From a virus (Duplodnaviria > Heunggongvirae > Uroviricota > Caudoviricetes): 18,304 bases of DNA. Location of the stretch: IMG/VR virus record IMGVR_UViG_2529292908_000003, one strand, 5' to 3'. The position numbers and the translations under genes are program-made. Of this stretch, positions 8,696-16,726 are shown piece by piece. The notes under the pieces are model-generated. The model had not been told where the DNA came from and did no database searches. It was given only the letters and a program-made list of their open reading frames with translations. Position 1 is the stretch's first letter, and every line of letters begins with the position of its first letter.

Positions 8696-9406
8696 TTAAT
8701 AATAATCGATCGTATTTTTGATGGTGTAAACCCGTTCGACGGCGGGTTTTACTCCTTCATCAACAATGATTAGCTGACAGTCCACCGGATTAGCGTGACT
8801 GTCATATTCACAGCTCTGTTTTACATTACCAACCCGTTGATTATTCAGTAAAGTAACCGCTGTGTAATCTAATTTTTTGATCGGATCCGTTGATGGCGTG
8901 GCGCTGACAGATAATGTTTTGTCGTTACTTTTCGTGGTTTTACCCAGCGGATAACCCTGATCATCATAGCGATATTCCATCTGCATTTGTTTGCTGCTGG
9001 CTTTAATCACGAAGCCATTATCATCGGTTTCCCAACTCACCCCGGCAGAAGGTAATTCTGCTAGCTGGCATTTTCCCTGTAAACGTACTCTCTTCTCCAG
9101 CGTCTCGGCATCACGGTAATAATTGGCGTCCAGTACCAGAGCGACCACGGTATTATTTTCCAGATCCAGTAATTCGAGTGAATCAAAACAGCCTTCTTCC
9201 GACAAAGTCCCAGAAACACGTTTCGTCACTTCACCTTGCTCATCCATTAATGTCTGAGTGAAATCTTTTACCGGACCACGCAGCGGATCAAAATCGAATT
9301 CATTAGAGAAACTGGCCATCTCAGGGGTAAATGAAAGTGTTACCTCTGTGCGGTCACATCCTGTGAGGAATATCGCGAGTAAGCATGGTAGTAATTTGTA
9401 TTTCAC
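8696..9406 (-). CDS. ynfC: Lipoprotein YnfC (UPF0257), GTG start
   Basis: From GTG at 9404-9406 the product begins (M)KYKLLPCLLAIFLTGCDR with a lipobox LTGC; GGTGA SD 5 nt upstream. The ATG at 9442 in the track would put 12 residues ahead of the signal peptide. Confidence 0.8.
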   Translation of the reverse strand: MKYKLLPCLLAIFLTGCDRTEVTLSFTPEMASFSNEFDFDPLRGPVKDFTQTLMDEQGEVTKRVSGTLSEEGCFDSLELLDLENNTVVALVLDANYYRDAETLEKRVRLQGKCQLAELPSAGVSWETDDNGFVIKASSKQMQMEYRYDDQGYPLGKTTKSNDKTLSVSATPSTDPIKKLDYTAVTLLNNQRVGNVKQSCEYDSHANPVDCQLIIVDEGVKPAVERVYTIKNTIDYY

Positions 9407-9513
9407 AACAGTCACCAGAGAGTAGAGATGATTCTCAATCATAGTAGCAAATACAGTACTTTACACGTTAAATGCTATGCTTAAAGAAGTTATCTTCGCG
9501 TAAGGAGCTTATG

Positions 9514-9819
9514 ATGAAACTCTCAACCTGCTGTGCCGCGCTTCTGCTCGCCCTCGCCTCACCCGCGGTACTCGCCGCGCCGGGATCCTGTGAGCGCATA
9601 CAGAGCGATATATCACAGCGCATTATCAATAATGGCGTACCCGAAAGCAGCTTCACGTTAAGTATTGTACCCAATGACCAGGTTGATCAGCCTGATTCCC
9701 AGGTCGTCGGCCATTGCGCTAATGATACGCATAAAATTCTCTATACCCGCACCACCAGCGGTAACGTCTCTGCTCCCGCGCAGTCTAGCCAGGATGGCGC
9801 GCCTGCCGAACCGCAGTAA
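9514..9819 (+). CDS. ynfD: Secreted small protein YnfD (DUF1161) with signal peptide
   Basis: MKLSTCCAALLLALASPAVLAAPGSCERIQSDISQRIINNGVPE...; AAGGAG SD 6 nt before ATG 9514; upstream in-frame ATGs lack good spacing. Confidence 0.85.
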   Translation: MKLSTCCAALLLALASPAVLAAPGSCERIQSDISQRIINNGVPESSFTLSIVPNDQVDQPDSQVVGHCANDTHKILYTRTTSGNVSAPAQSSQDGAPAEPQ

Positions 9820-9836
9820 CACATTATCGACTGAAC

Positions 9837-9858
9837 GCCGGATATGACAAATCCGGCG
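9837..9858 (+). terminator. Hairpin after ynfD (8-bp stem CGCCGGAT/ATCCGGCG, 6-nt loop) with a weak U-tract; possible terminator
   Basis: Perfect inverted repeat 17 nt after the ynfD stop, followed by AUUUGAA. Confidence 0.35.
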
Positions 9859-9904
9859 ATTTGAACATACAACATAATCCCACCTTATTACTCATACCCT
9901 TCTA

Positions 9905-9918
9905 TTGATATGGATTAA
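9905..9918. promoter_or_regulatory. Candidate FNR box TTGAT-atgg-ATTAA upstream of ynfE
   Basis: 9 of 10 match to the FNR consensus TTGAT-N4-ATCAA, centred about 106 bp upstream of the ynfE ATG; TAGACT -10-like hexamer about 24 bp downstream. ynfEFGH is reported as anaerobically expressed. Confidence 0.4.
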
Positions 9919-10017
9919 TAATTCTTAACCCAAAATGGGTAGACTCCCTCTATTGTTAGCGCGCTAAATATTCAATATATAAACTTTTATATAACGATAA
10001 AGAACAGGGAGTGAGTT

Positions 10018-12444
10018 ATGTCCAAAAATGAACGAATGGTGGGCATCAGCCGCAGAACACTCGTTAAATCTACCGCGATAGGTTCTCTGGCGCTGGCTGC
10101 AGGCGGTTTTTCTTTGCCGTTTACCCTGCGCAATGCAGCAGCAGCGGTACAACAGGCCCGCGAAAAAGTGGTCTGGGGTGCCTGTTCCGTCAACTGTGGT
10201 AGCCGCTGTGCACTTCGTCTACATGTTAAAGATAATGAAGTGACCTGGGTGGAAACTGACAATACCGGCAGCGATGAGTACGGCAACCATCAGGTACGCG
10301 CCTGTTTGCGCGGTCGCTCCATCCGCCGGCGTATTAATCATCCCGATCGCTTAAATTACCCAATGAAACGCGTGGGCAAACGCGGCGAAGGCAAATTCGA
10401 ACGGATTAGCTGGGATGAAGCCCTGGATACTATCGCCAGTAGCCTGAAGAAAACCGTCGAACAATATGGCAATGAGGCTGTATATATTCAGTACTCTTCG
10501 GGGATCGTTGGCGGCAATATGACCCGCTCTTCGCCATCAGCCTCGGCGGTCAAACGCCTGATGAACTGCTACGGCGGTTCACTCAACCAGTATGGCTCCT
10601 ACAGCACTGCGCAAATTTCCTGTGCCATGCCCTACACCTACGGCAGTAATGATGGCAACAGCACCACGGATATTGAAAACAGCAAGCTGGTCGTGATGTT
10701 TGGTAACAACCCGGCAGAAACCCGCATGAGCGGTGGTGGCATCACTTATCTTCTTGAAAAAGCGCGCGAGAAATCGAACGCCAAAATGATTGTTATCGAT
10801 CCGCGATATACCGATACGGCTGCCGGTCGTGAAGACGAATGGCTCCCTATTCGCCCGGGCACCGATGCCGCGCTGGTTGCGGGTATTGCCTGGGTATTGA
10901 TTAACGAAAATCTCGTTGATCAACCTTTTCTCGATAAATACTGCGTCGGCTATGACGAAAAAACCTTACCCGCAGATGCACCCAAAAATGGTCACTATAA
11001 AGCCTATATTCTTGGTGAAGGTGACGATAAAACAGCGAAAACGCCGCAGTGGGCTTCGCAAATTACCGGTATCCCGGAGGACCGTATCATCAAACTGGCG
11101 CGTGAAATTGGCACAGCAAAACCCGCTTATATCTGCCAGGGCTGGGGGCCACAACGCCAGGCAAACGGCGAACTGACTGCACGCGCTATTGCTATGTTAC
11201 CTATTTTGACGGGCAATGTCGGCATCAGCGGCGGAAATAGTGGCGCGCGTGAATCGACCTATACCATTACCATAGAACGCCTGCCGGTGCTGGATAATCC
11301 GGTCAAAACGTCAATCTCCTGCTTCAGCTGGACAGATGCTATCGATCATGGTCCGCAAATGACGGCAATCCGCGACGGCGTCCGCGGCAAAGATAAACTG
11401 GATGTGCCCATTAAGTTCATCTGGAACTACGCGGGAAATACCCTCGTTAATCAGCATTCTGACATCAACAAAACGCATGAAATTCTGCAGGACGAATCGA
11501 AATGCGAAATGATTGTGGTCATCGAAAACTTTATGACCTCATCGGCAAAATATGCCGACATTCTGCTGCCAGACCTGATGACCGTTGAGCAGGAAGATAT
11601 TATTCCTAACGACTACGCCGGTAACATGGGATATCTCATTTTCCTCCAGCCTGTCACCAGCGAAAAATTCGAACGCAAACCGATTTACTGGATCCTGAGT
11701 GAAGTCGCGAAACGTCTTGGACCTGACGTCTATCAAAAGTTCACAGAAGGTCGCACGCAGGAACAATGGTTACAACATCTGTACGCCAAAATGCTTGCCA
11801 AAGATCCGGCGTTACCGTCTTACGACGAACTGAAAAAAATGGGTATCTATAAGCGTAAAGATCCCAATGGCCATTTTGTCGCCTACAAAGCATTTCGTGA
11901 CGACCCCGAGGCAAATCCACTTAAAACGCCTTCCGGTAAGATTGAAATTTATTCCAGCAGGCTGGCGGAAATTGCCCGTACCTGGGAACTGGAAAAAGAT
12001 GAAGTGATAAGCCCATTGCCAGTTTATGCCTCAACCTTTGAAGGCTGGAACTCCCCTGAACGTAGAACCTTCCCACTGCAACTGTTTGGTTTCCATTACA
12101 AATCCCGTACTCACTCGACCTACGGCAATATTGATCTCCTGAAGGCTGCCTGCCGTCAGGAGGTGTGGATCAACCCTATAGATGCGCAGAAACGTGGGAT
12201 TGCCAACGGCGATATGGTGCGGGTGTTTAACCATCGTGGCGAAGTTCGGCTACCAGCCAAAGTAACACCACGTATTCTCCCTGGAGTTAGCGCTATGGGC
12301 CAGGGAGCCTGGCACGAGGCCAATATGTCTGGCGATAAAATCGACCATGGCGGCTGTGTGAATACGCTAACCACTCTGCGCCCTTCACCACTGGCGAAGG
12401 GAAACCCGCAGCACACTAATCTGGTCGAGATCGAAAAAATATAA
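10018..12444 (+). CDS. ynfE: Tat-exported molybdopterin oxidoreductase catalytic subunit YnfE (DMSO reductase family, putative selenate reductase)
   Basis: 808-aa ORF; twin-arginine signal ISRRTLVKSTAIGSLALAAGG; N-terminal Cys cluster CSVNCGSRC; GGGAG SD. Confidence 0.93.
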   Translation: MSKNERMVGISRRTLVKSTAIGSLALAAGGFSLPFTLRNAAAAVQQAREKVVWGACSVNCGSRCALRLHVKDNEVTWVETDNTGSDEYGNHQVRACLRGRSIRRRINHPDRLNYPMKRVGKRGEGKFERISWDEALDTIASSLKKTVEQYGNEAVYIQYSSGIVGGNMTRSSPSASAVKRLMNCYGGSLNQYGSYSTAQISCAMPYTYGSNDGNSTTDIENSKLVVMFGNNPAETRMSGGGITYLLEKAREKSNAKMIVIDPRYTDTAAGREDEWLPIRPGTDAALVAGIAWVLINENLVDQPFLDKYCVGYDEKTLPADAPKNGHYKAYILGEGDDKTAKTPQWASQITGIPEDRIIKLAREIGTAKPAYICQGWGPQRQANGELTARAIAMLPILTGNVGISGGNSGARESTYTITIERLPVLDNPVKTSISCFSWTDAIDHGPQMTAIRDGVRGKDKLDVPIKFIWNYAGNTLVNQHSDINKTHEILQDESKCEMIVVIENFMTSSAKYADILLPDLMTVEQEDIIPNDYAGNMGYLIFLQPVTSEKFERKPIYWILSEVAKRLGPDVYQKFTEGRTQEQWLQHLYAKMLAKDPALPSYDELKKMGIYKRKDPNGHFVAYKAFRDDPEANPLKTPSGKIEIYSSRLAEIARTWELEKDEVISPLPVYASTFEGWNSPERRTFPLQLFGFHYKSRTHSTYGNIDLLKAACRQEVWINPIDAQKRGIANGDMVRVFNHRGEVRLPAKVTPRILPGVSAMGQGAWHEANMSGDKIDHGGCVNTLTTLRPSPLAKGNPQHTNLVEIEKI

Positions 12445-12504
12445 CCCACGACAACCATAAATTCTGGCATGACATTTTGTTTGAAAAGCAATAAGTGAGT
12501 AATG

Positions 12505-14928
12505 ATGAAAATCCATACCACAGAGGCGCTCATGAAGGCTGAAATCAGCCGTAGAAGTCTGATGAAAACCTCCGCACTTGGCAGTCTTGCGCTGGCAAGC
12601 AGTGCTTTCACTCTGCCATTTTCCCAAATGGTCCGGGCGGCAGAGGCTCCGGTAGAAGAGAAAGCGGTCTGGAGTTCCTGCACCGTTAACTGCGGGAGCC
12701 GCTGTCTGTTACGTTTGCATGTGAAAGATGACACCGTGTACTGGGTGGAGTCTGATACGACAGGTGACGACGTCTACGGTAATCATCAGGTTCGAGCGTG
12801 TTTACGCGGGCGCTCTATCCGCCGACGGATGAATCATCCTGATAGGTTGAAATATCCCATGAAGCGCGTCGGCAAGCGCGGTGAAGGTAAATTTGAACGG
12901 ATAAGTTGGGACGAAGCCCTGGATACCATCAGTGATAATCTTCGGCGGATCCTGAAAGATTACGGCAATGAGGCTGTACATGTCCTGTACGGAACAGGCG
13001 TAGATGGCGGAAACATCACCAACTCAAACGTCCCGTACCGTCTGATGAACTCTTGCGGTGGTTTTCTCAGTCGCTATGGCAGCTACAGTACCGCACAGAT
13101 CAGTGCCGCAATGAGTTATATGTTCGGTGCCAATGATGGCAACAGCCCGGATGATATCGCCAATACGAAACTGGTCGTTATGTTCGGAAATAACCCGGCA
13201 GAAACGCGGATGAGCGGCGGTGGTGTCACTTACTACGTCGAGCAAGCCCGCGAACGTTCAAACGCACGCATGATCGTCATCGATCCACGTTATAACGACA
13301 CTGCTGCCGGGCGTGAAGATGAATGGCTGCCCATTCGCCCTGGCACCGATGGCGCACTGGCCTGTGCGATTGCCTGGGTACTGATTACTGAAAACATGGT
13401 CGATCAGCCATTTCTCGACAAATATTGTGTTGGTTACGATGAAAAAACGCTGCCCGCCAACGCACCACGTAACGCGCATTATAAAGCCTATATTCTGGGC
13501 GAAGGGCCTGACGGCATAGCTAAAACGCCGGAATGGGCAGCAAAAATCACCAGCATCCCGGCAGAAAAAATTATCCAGTTGGCACGAGAGATCGGTTCAG
13601 CAAAACCTGCTTATATTTGTCAGGGTTGGGGGCCACAACGACATTCCAACGGCGAGCAAACATCCCGCGCTATTGCCATGCTTTCCGTTCTCACCGGCAA
13701 CGTCGGCATAAACGGCGGCAACTCAGGCGTACGCGAAGGTAGCTGGGATCTGGGGGTAGAATGGTTCCCGATGCTCGAGAATCCTGTTAAAACGCAGATT
13801 TCCGTCTTTACATGGACAGATGCCATCGACCATGGTACGGAAATGACCGCGACCCGTGATGGTGTTCGTGGAAAAGAAAAACTGGATGTCCCCATCAAGT
13901 TTTTATGGTGCTACGCCAGTAACACATTGATCAATCAACATGGCGACATCAATCACACCCATGAGGTGCTTCAGGATGACAGCAAGTGCGAGATGATTGT
14001 TGGCATTGACCACTTCATGACGGCCTCGGCTAAGTATTGCGATATCCTGTTGCCCGACCTGATGCCAACAGAGCAAGAAGACCTTATCTCTCATGAATCT
14101 GCAGGGAATATGGGCTATGTGATCCTCGCCCAACCCGCAACCTCAGCAAAATTTGAACGCAAACCCATCTACTGGATGCTGAGTGAAGTCGCCAAACGCT
14201 TAGGACCAGACGTTTATCAAACCTTTACTGAAGGTCGCAGTCAGCATGAATGGATCAAATATCTCCATGCGAAAACGAAGGAACGTAACCCTGAGATGCC
14301 CGACTACGAGGAGATGAAAACGACCGGGATCTTTAAGAAAAAATGCCCGGAAGAACACTACGTCGCTTTCCGCGCATTCCGTGAAGATCCACAGGCAAAC
14401 CCGTTGAAAACACCTTCGGGGAAAATCGAAATTTATTCTGAACGACTGGCGAAGATTGCAGATACCTGGGAATTGAAAAAAGATGAAATTATTCATCCCC
14501 TTCCTGCGTATACCCCAGGTTTTGATGGCTGGGACGATCCCCTGCGGAAAACCTATCCACTGCAGTTAACGGGCTTCCATTACAAAGCGCGTACCCACTC
14601 CAGCTACGGCAATATTGATGTGTTACAGCAGGCCTGCCCACAAGAGGTGTGGATCAACCCCATTGATGCTCAGGCACGCGGTATCCGTCATGGCGATACC
14701 GTGCGGGTATTTAACAATAATGGAGAAATGCTGATTGCCGCAAAAGTGACTCCGCGTATTCTGCCTGGCGTTACCGCCATCGGGCAAGGTGCGTGGCTTA
14801 AAGCGGATATGTTTGGTGACCGGGTCGATCACGGCGGCAGTATCAATATTCTGACCTCTCACCGCCCTTCACCGCTGGCAAAGGGAAACCCGTCGCACAG
14901 CAATCTTGTCCAGATCGAAAAGGTTTAA
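12505..14928 (+). CDS. ynfF: Tat-exported molybdopterin oxidoreductase YnfF, paralog of YnfE
   Basis: 807 aa from the second ATG (SD AGTGAG 5 nt upstream); Tat motif ISRRSLMK; high similarity to YnfE throughout. Confidence 0.93.
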   Translation: MKIHTTEALMKAEISRRSLMKTSALGSLALASSAFTLPFSQMVRAAEAPVEEKAVWSSCTVNCGSRCLLRLHVKDDTVYWVESDTTGDDVYGNHQVRACLRGRSIRRRMNHPDRLKYPMKRVGKRGEGKFERISWDEALDTISDNLRRILKDYGNEAVHVLYGTGVDGGNITNSNVPYRLMNSCGGFLSRYGSYSTAQISAAMSYMFGANDGNSPDDIANTKLVVMFGNNPAETRMSGGGVTYYVEQARERSNARMIVIDPRYNDTAAGREDEWLPIRPGTDGALACAIAWVLITENMVDQPFLDKYCVGYDEKTLPANAPRNAHYKAYILGEGPDGIAKTPEWAAKITSIPAEKIIQLAREIGSAKPAYICQGWGPQRHSNGEQTSRAIAMLSVLTGNVGINGGNSGVREGSWDLGVEWFPMLENPVKTQISVFTWTDAIDHGTEMTATRDGVRGKEKLDVPIKFLWCYASNTLINQHGDINHTHEVLQDDSKCEMIVGIDHFMTASAKYCDILLPDLMPTEQEDLISHESAGNMGYVILAQPATSAKFERKPIYWMLSEVAKRLGPDVYQTFTEGRSQHEWIKYLHAKTKERNPEMPDYEEMKTTGIFKKKCPEEHYVAFRAFREDPQANPLKTPSGKIEIYSERLAKIADTWELKKDEIIHPLPAYTPGFDGWDDPLRKTYPLQLTGFHYKARTHSSYGNIDVLQQACPQEVWINPIDAQARGIRHGDTVRVFNNNGEMLIAAKVTPRILPGVTAIGQGAWLKADMFGDRVDHGGSINILTSHRPSPLAKGNPSHSNLVQIEKV

Positions 14929-14938
14929 GGAGTAGCCC

Positions 14939-15051
14939 ATGACCACACAATATGGATTTTTATCGATTCCAGCCGCTGTACTGGCTGTAAAACCTGCGAA
15001 CTGGCGTGCAAAGATTTTAAAGTTGGTTACGTATCGTTTAAAATCAATTAG
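14939..15051 (+). pseudogene. ynfG: ynfG remnant (4Fe-4S ferredoxin subunit): frameshift in a T5 run at 14957-14961, then truncation about 26 codons in
   Basis: ATG 14939 gives MTTQYGF; the ferredoxin motif IDSSRCTGCKTCELACKD lies in the +1 frame with no start codon, ends at TAG 15049-15051, and is followed by unrelated DNA. YnfG is about 205 aa in K-12 (recalled). Confidence 0.7.
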
Positions 15052-15095
15052 ATAGCCCGTCATTTCTGCGCTCACACGTCCCAACATTGAAAAAC

Positions 15096-15129
15096 ATGCA
15101 AAGCTTTGTAAGCCGATGCAAAGCTTTGT
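15096..15129. promoter_or_regulatory. Two copies of a 14-bp repeat ATGCAAAGCTTTGT, each containing the perfect 10-bp palindrome CAAAGCTTTG, spaced 20 bp centre to centre; operator-like
   Basis: Palindromes at 15099-15108 and 15119-15128, read directly; two-helical-turn spacing is typical of a dimeric repressor operator pair. Confidence 0.4.
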
Positions 15130-15215
15130 GTGTCTCACTTTTGTCCCAATACCAATCCGAATCCACCCTTTGTCATCATTGAGAAATGGCAAGGAAGAAA
15201 AGGATGTTACTGCAC

Positions 15216-15248
15216 GATTTGACAAATCCGCCAGAGCTATCGCATACT
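15216..15248 (+). promoter_or_regulatory. Promoter-like module A: palindrome GATTTGACAAATC overlapping a consensus -35 TTGACA (15219-15224), 18-bp spacer, -10-like CATACT
   Basis: 16-bp GATTTGACAAATCCGC is identical to 16628-16643; consensus -35; weak -10. Confidence 0.4.
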
Positions 15249-15266
15249 GACCGCACTACAACGTCA

Positions 15267-15302
15267 GCGGTCAACCGCACCCGATAGCTTTGCGGCTTTT
15301 TT
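15267..15302 (+). terminator. Attenuator/terminator-like element A: GCGG-tcaa-CCGC-(12 nt)-GCGG-c-UUUUUU
   Basis: Three short complementary segments allowing alternative pairings, followed by T6; same layout as 16692-16726. Confidence 0.4.
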
Positions 15303-15407
15303 ATGCCTGTTTACAGGTATCGCCATATCAATGGCGGGTCGAGAGAGCCTAATACAATACCCTTTCGGGAAATACGCTCCGCCGTCTGACGCGGTAGTTG
15401 AAGCCCG

Positions 15408-15416
15408 CCCCCCCCC
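15408..15416. repeat. Homopolymeric C9 tract about 40 bp upstream of the antirepressor-like gene A start
   Basis: Nine consecutive C at 15408-15416 (preceded by GCCCG), within the 5' leader of gene A. Confidence 0.9.
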
Positions 15417-15458
15417 ACTAAGGTGGCAGTCAATACTAAAACGTCAGGAGTCATAATT

Positions 15459-15743
15459 ATGACTAATCAACTCATTCCCGTTTTCGATGGAACCATCAAC
15501 AACGAACCAGTTTTACTTTGCAATGCTCGCAATCTGCACGCTTTTCTTGGTATTGGTAAAATGTTTGCTCACTGGATCAAGGACAGGCTGGGTGAATATG
15601 GATTCGTTGAAAATCAAGATTTTGTGATTGCTTGCCAAAATTGGCAAGCAAAAGGTAGAGGCGGTCACAACCGCAAGGAATACCACCTCACCCTCGACAC
15701 AGCCAAAGAGCTTGCGATGGTTGACGACTGCGTCCAATACTGA
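15459..15743 (+). CDS. Antirepressor-like protein, AntA-type N-terminal domain only (truncated paralog of the gene at 15993)
   Basis: AGGAG SD 8 nt before ATG 15459; product MTNQLIPVFDGTINNEPVLLCNARNLHAFLG...HLTLDTAKELAMV is about 60 percent identical to the N-terminus of the next gene, then diverges and stops; 44 bp (15681-15724) are identical to 16209-16252. Confidence 0.6.
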   Translation: MTNQLIPVFDGTINNEPVLLCNARNLHAFLGIGKMFAHWIKDRLGEYGFVENQDFVIACQNWQAKGRGGHNRKEYHLTLDTAKELAMVDDCVQY

Positions 15744-15790
15744 CTATACTCCGCGCCGAGGCCTCGAAAACCTCCCAAAAGCGGATTAAA

Positions 15791-15816
15791 CCAACCCCGT
15801 CAGTGTTGGATTTTTT
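15791..15816 (+). terminator. Putative intrinsic terminator after gene A (stem CCAAC/GTTGG, loop CCCGTCAGT, then A-UUUUUU)
   Basis: Hairpin plus T6, 48 bp after the gene A stop; loop sequence CCCGTCAGT recurs at 16704-16712. Confidence 0.45.
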
Positions 15817-15992
15817 ATGCCTGTTATTCAGTGATAGCACAGTGTGCGGTCACATCCCCGATCAATGTCGGGAGGGCGACGAATACAACACCCGCAAGGG
15901 GAATAAGTCCGCGGTATCTTTTGGGCCGTTTCGAGCCTCCCGGCACCACATCTTGTGGTGGCATTTCTCGAAAAAAGCCAAAGGAGGTCATC

Positions 15993-16622
15993 ATGACCAC
16001 TCAACTCATCCCTGTGTTTGAAGGTACAATCTCAAATGAACCTACGCTTCTGGTGAACGCGCGTGATTTGCATGGATTTTTAGAGGTAGGTAAAGATTTT
16101 TCTAACTGGATACGGGCCAGGCTAAACGAGTATGGATTCGTAGAAAATTTAGACTACATTCTATTTTCGCCAAATTTGGCGAAAACTCCAGGCCGCCGCC
16201 GCAAGGATTACCACCTCACCCTCGACACAGCCAAAGAGCTTGCGATGGTTGAACGTAACGAAAAAGGCCGCCAGATACGCCGCTACTTCATCGAGTGCGA
16301 AAAGAAACTTCGCAACATTCAGCCAGTACAAGCAGAACCACAGCCGCAATTCACAGCCGAGGAAATCATCCTCCTTTGCTACATGCAGCTCTGGATGGAA
16401 AAAGCCCAGGACATCAGCAAACACCTGTATCCCATTATGAAAGAGCTGAACTCCTCATACACGAACAAGCTGTATGACATTGCGTTTGAGACCATCTACA
16501 TGGTGACGAAGAACAGAGACGCGCTACTGAGGGAGGTAACACGTCTCGACATGTCAAGTTCCGTTATCCAGCGGGCCATGCCAATGCTGAAAAGCCTGCG
16601 GGCAAGACAATTCGAGTTTTAA
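15993..16622 (+). CDS. Phage antirepressor-like protein (AntA-type N-terminal domain plus a C-terminal domain shared with the gene at 16877)
   Basis: AGGAGG SD 5 nt before ATG 15993; MTTQLIPVFEGTISNEPTLLVNARDLHGFLEVGKDFSNWIRARLNEYGFVE...HLTLDTAKELAMVERNEKGRQIRRYFIE, and a C-terminus PQFTAEEIILLCYMQLWMEKAQ...LRARQFEF shared with the next gene. The track's 54-codon upstream extension has no RBS. Confidence 0.75.
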   Translation: MTTQLIPVFEGTISNEPTLLVNARDLHGFLEVGKDFSNWIRARLNEYGFVENLDYILFSPNLAKTPGRRRKDYHLTLDTAKELAMVERNEKGRQIRRYFIECEKKLRNIQPVQAEPQPQFTAEEIILLCYMQLWMEKAQDISKHLYPIMKELNSSYTNKLYDIAFETIYMVTKNRDALLREVTRLDMSSSVIQRAMPMLKSLRARQFEF

Positions 16623-16627
16623 GGCCA

Positions 16628-16660
16628 GATTTGACAAATCCGCATTAACGGGGATATATT
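16628..16660 (+). promoter_or_regulatory. Promoter-like module C: palindrome GATTTGACAAATC with -35 TTGACA (16631-16636), 18-bp spacer, -10 TATATT (16655-16660)
   Basis: Consensus -35, 5 of 6 -10; 16-bp identity with module A; begins 6 bp after the gene B stop. Confidence 0.5.
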
Positions 16661-16691
16661 CCGCTCCATGGTGCTGAACACACCTTCGAAA

Positions 16692-16726
16692 GCGGAAACC
16701 GCGCCCGTCAGTCATGCGGATTTTTT
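16692..16726 (+). terminator. Attenuator/terminator-like element C: GCGG-aaa-CCGC-(13 nt, containing CCCGTCAGT)-GCGG-a-UUUUUU
   Basis: Same three-segment layout as 15267-15302 despite different intervening sequence; T6 at 16721-16726. Confidence 0.4.

Noticed and set aside
9840-9858. Shared string GACAAATCCG(G/C)C between the ynfD hairpin and the island palindrome GATTTGACAAATCCGC as a possible att core
   Set aside because: Only about 11 bp are shared and the host copy is 5 kb from the island boundary, not flanking it; most likely coincidence.
10579-14862. Short ORFs within ynfE and ynfF on either strand
   Set aside because: Internal shadow ORFs of two long, well-supported genes.
10018-14928. 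ynfE/ynfF nucleotide repetition as a mobile element or segmental repeat
   Set aside because: The similarity is confined to two intact paralogous coding sequences with their own Tat signals; no terminal repeats or transposase.
14869-15225. 118-aa minus-strand ORF spanning the ynfF 3' end and ynfG remnant
   Set aside because: Antisense to ynfF and the ynfG ferredoxin motif; no RBS.
15831-15992. 54-codon N-terminal extension of the second antirepressor-like gene (track start 15831)
   Set aside because: A strong AGGAGG SD precedes ATG 15993, and the paralogs align from MTTQ/MTNQ; the extension covers the repeat module and terminator.
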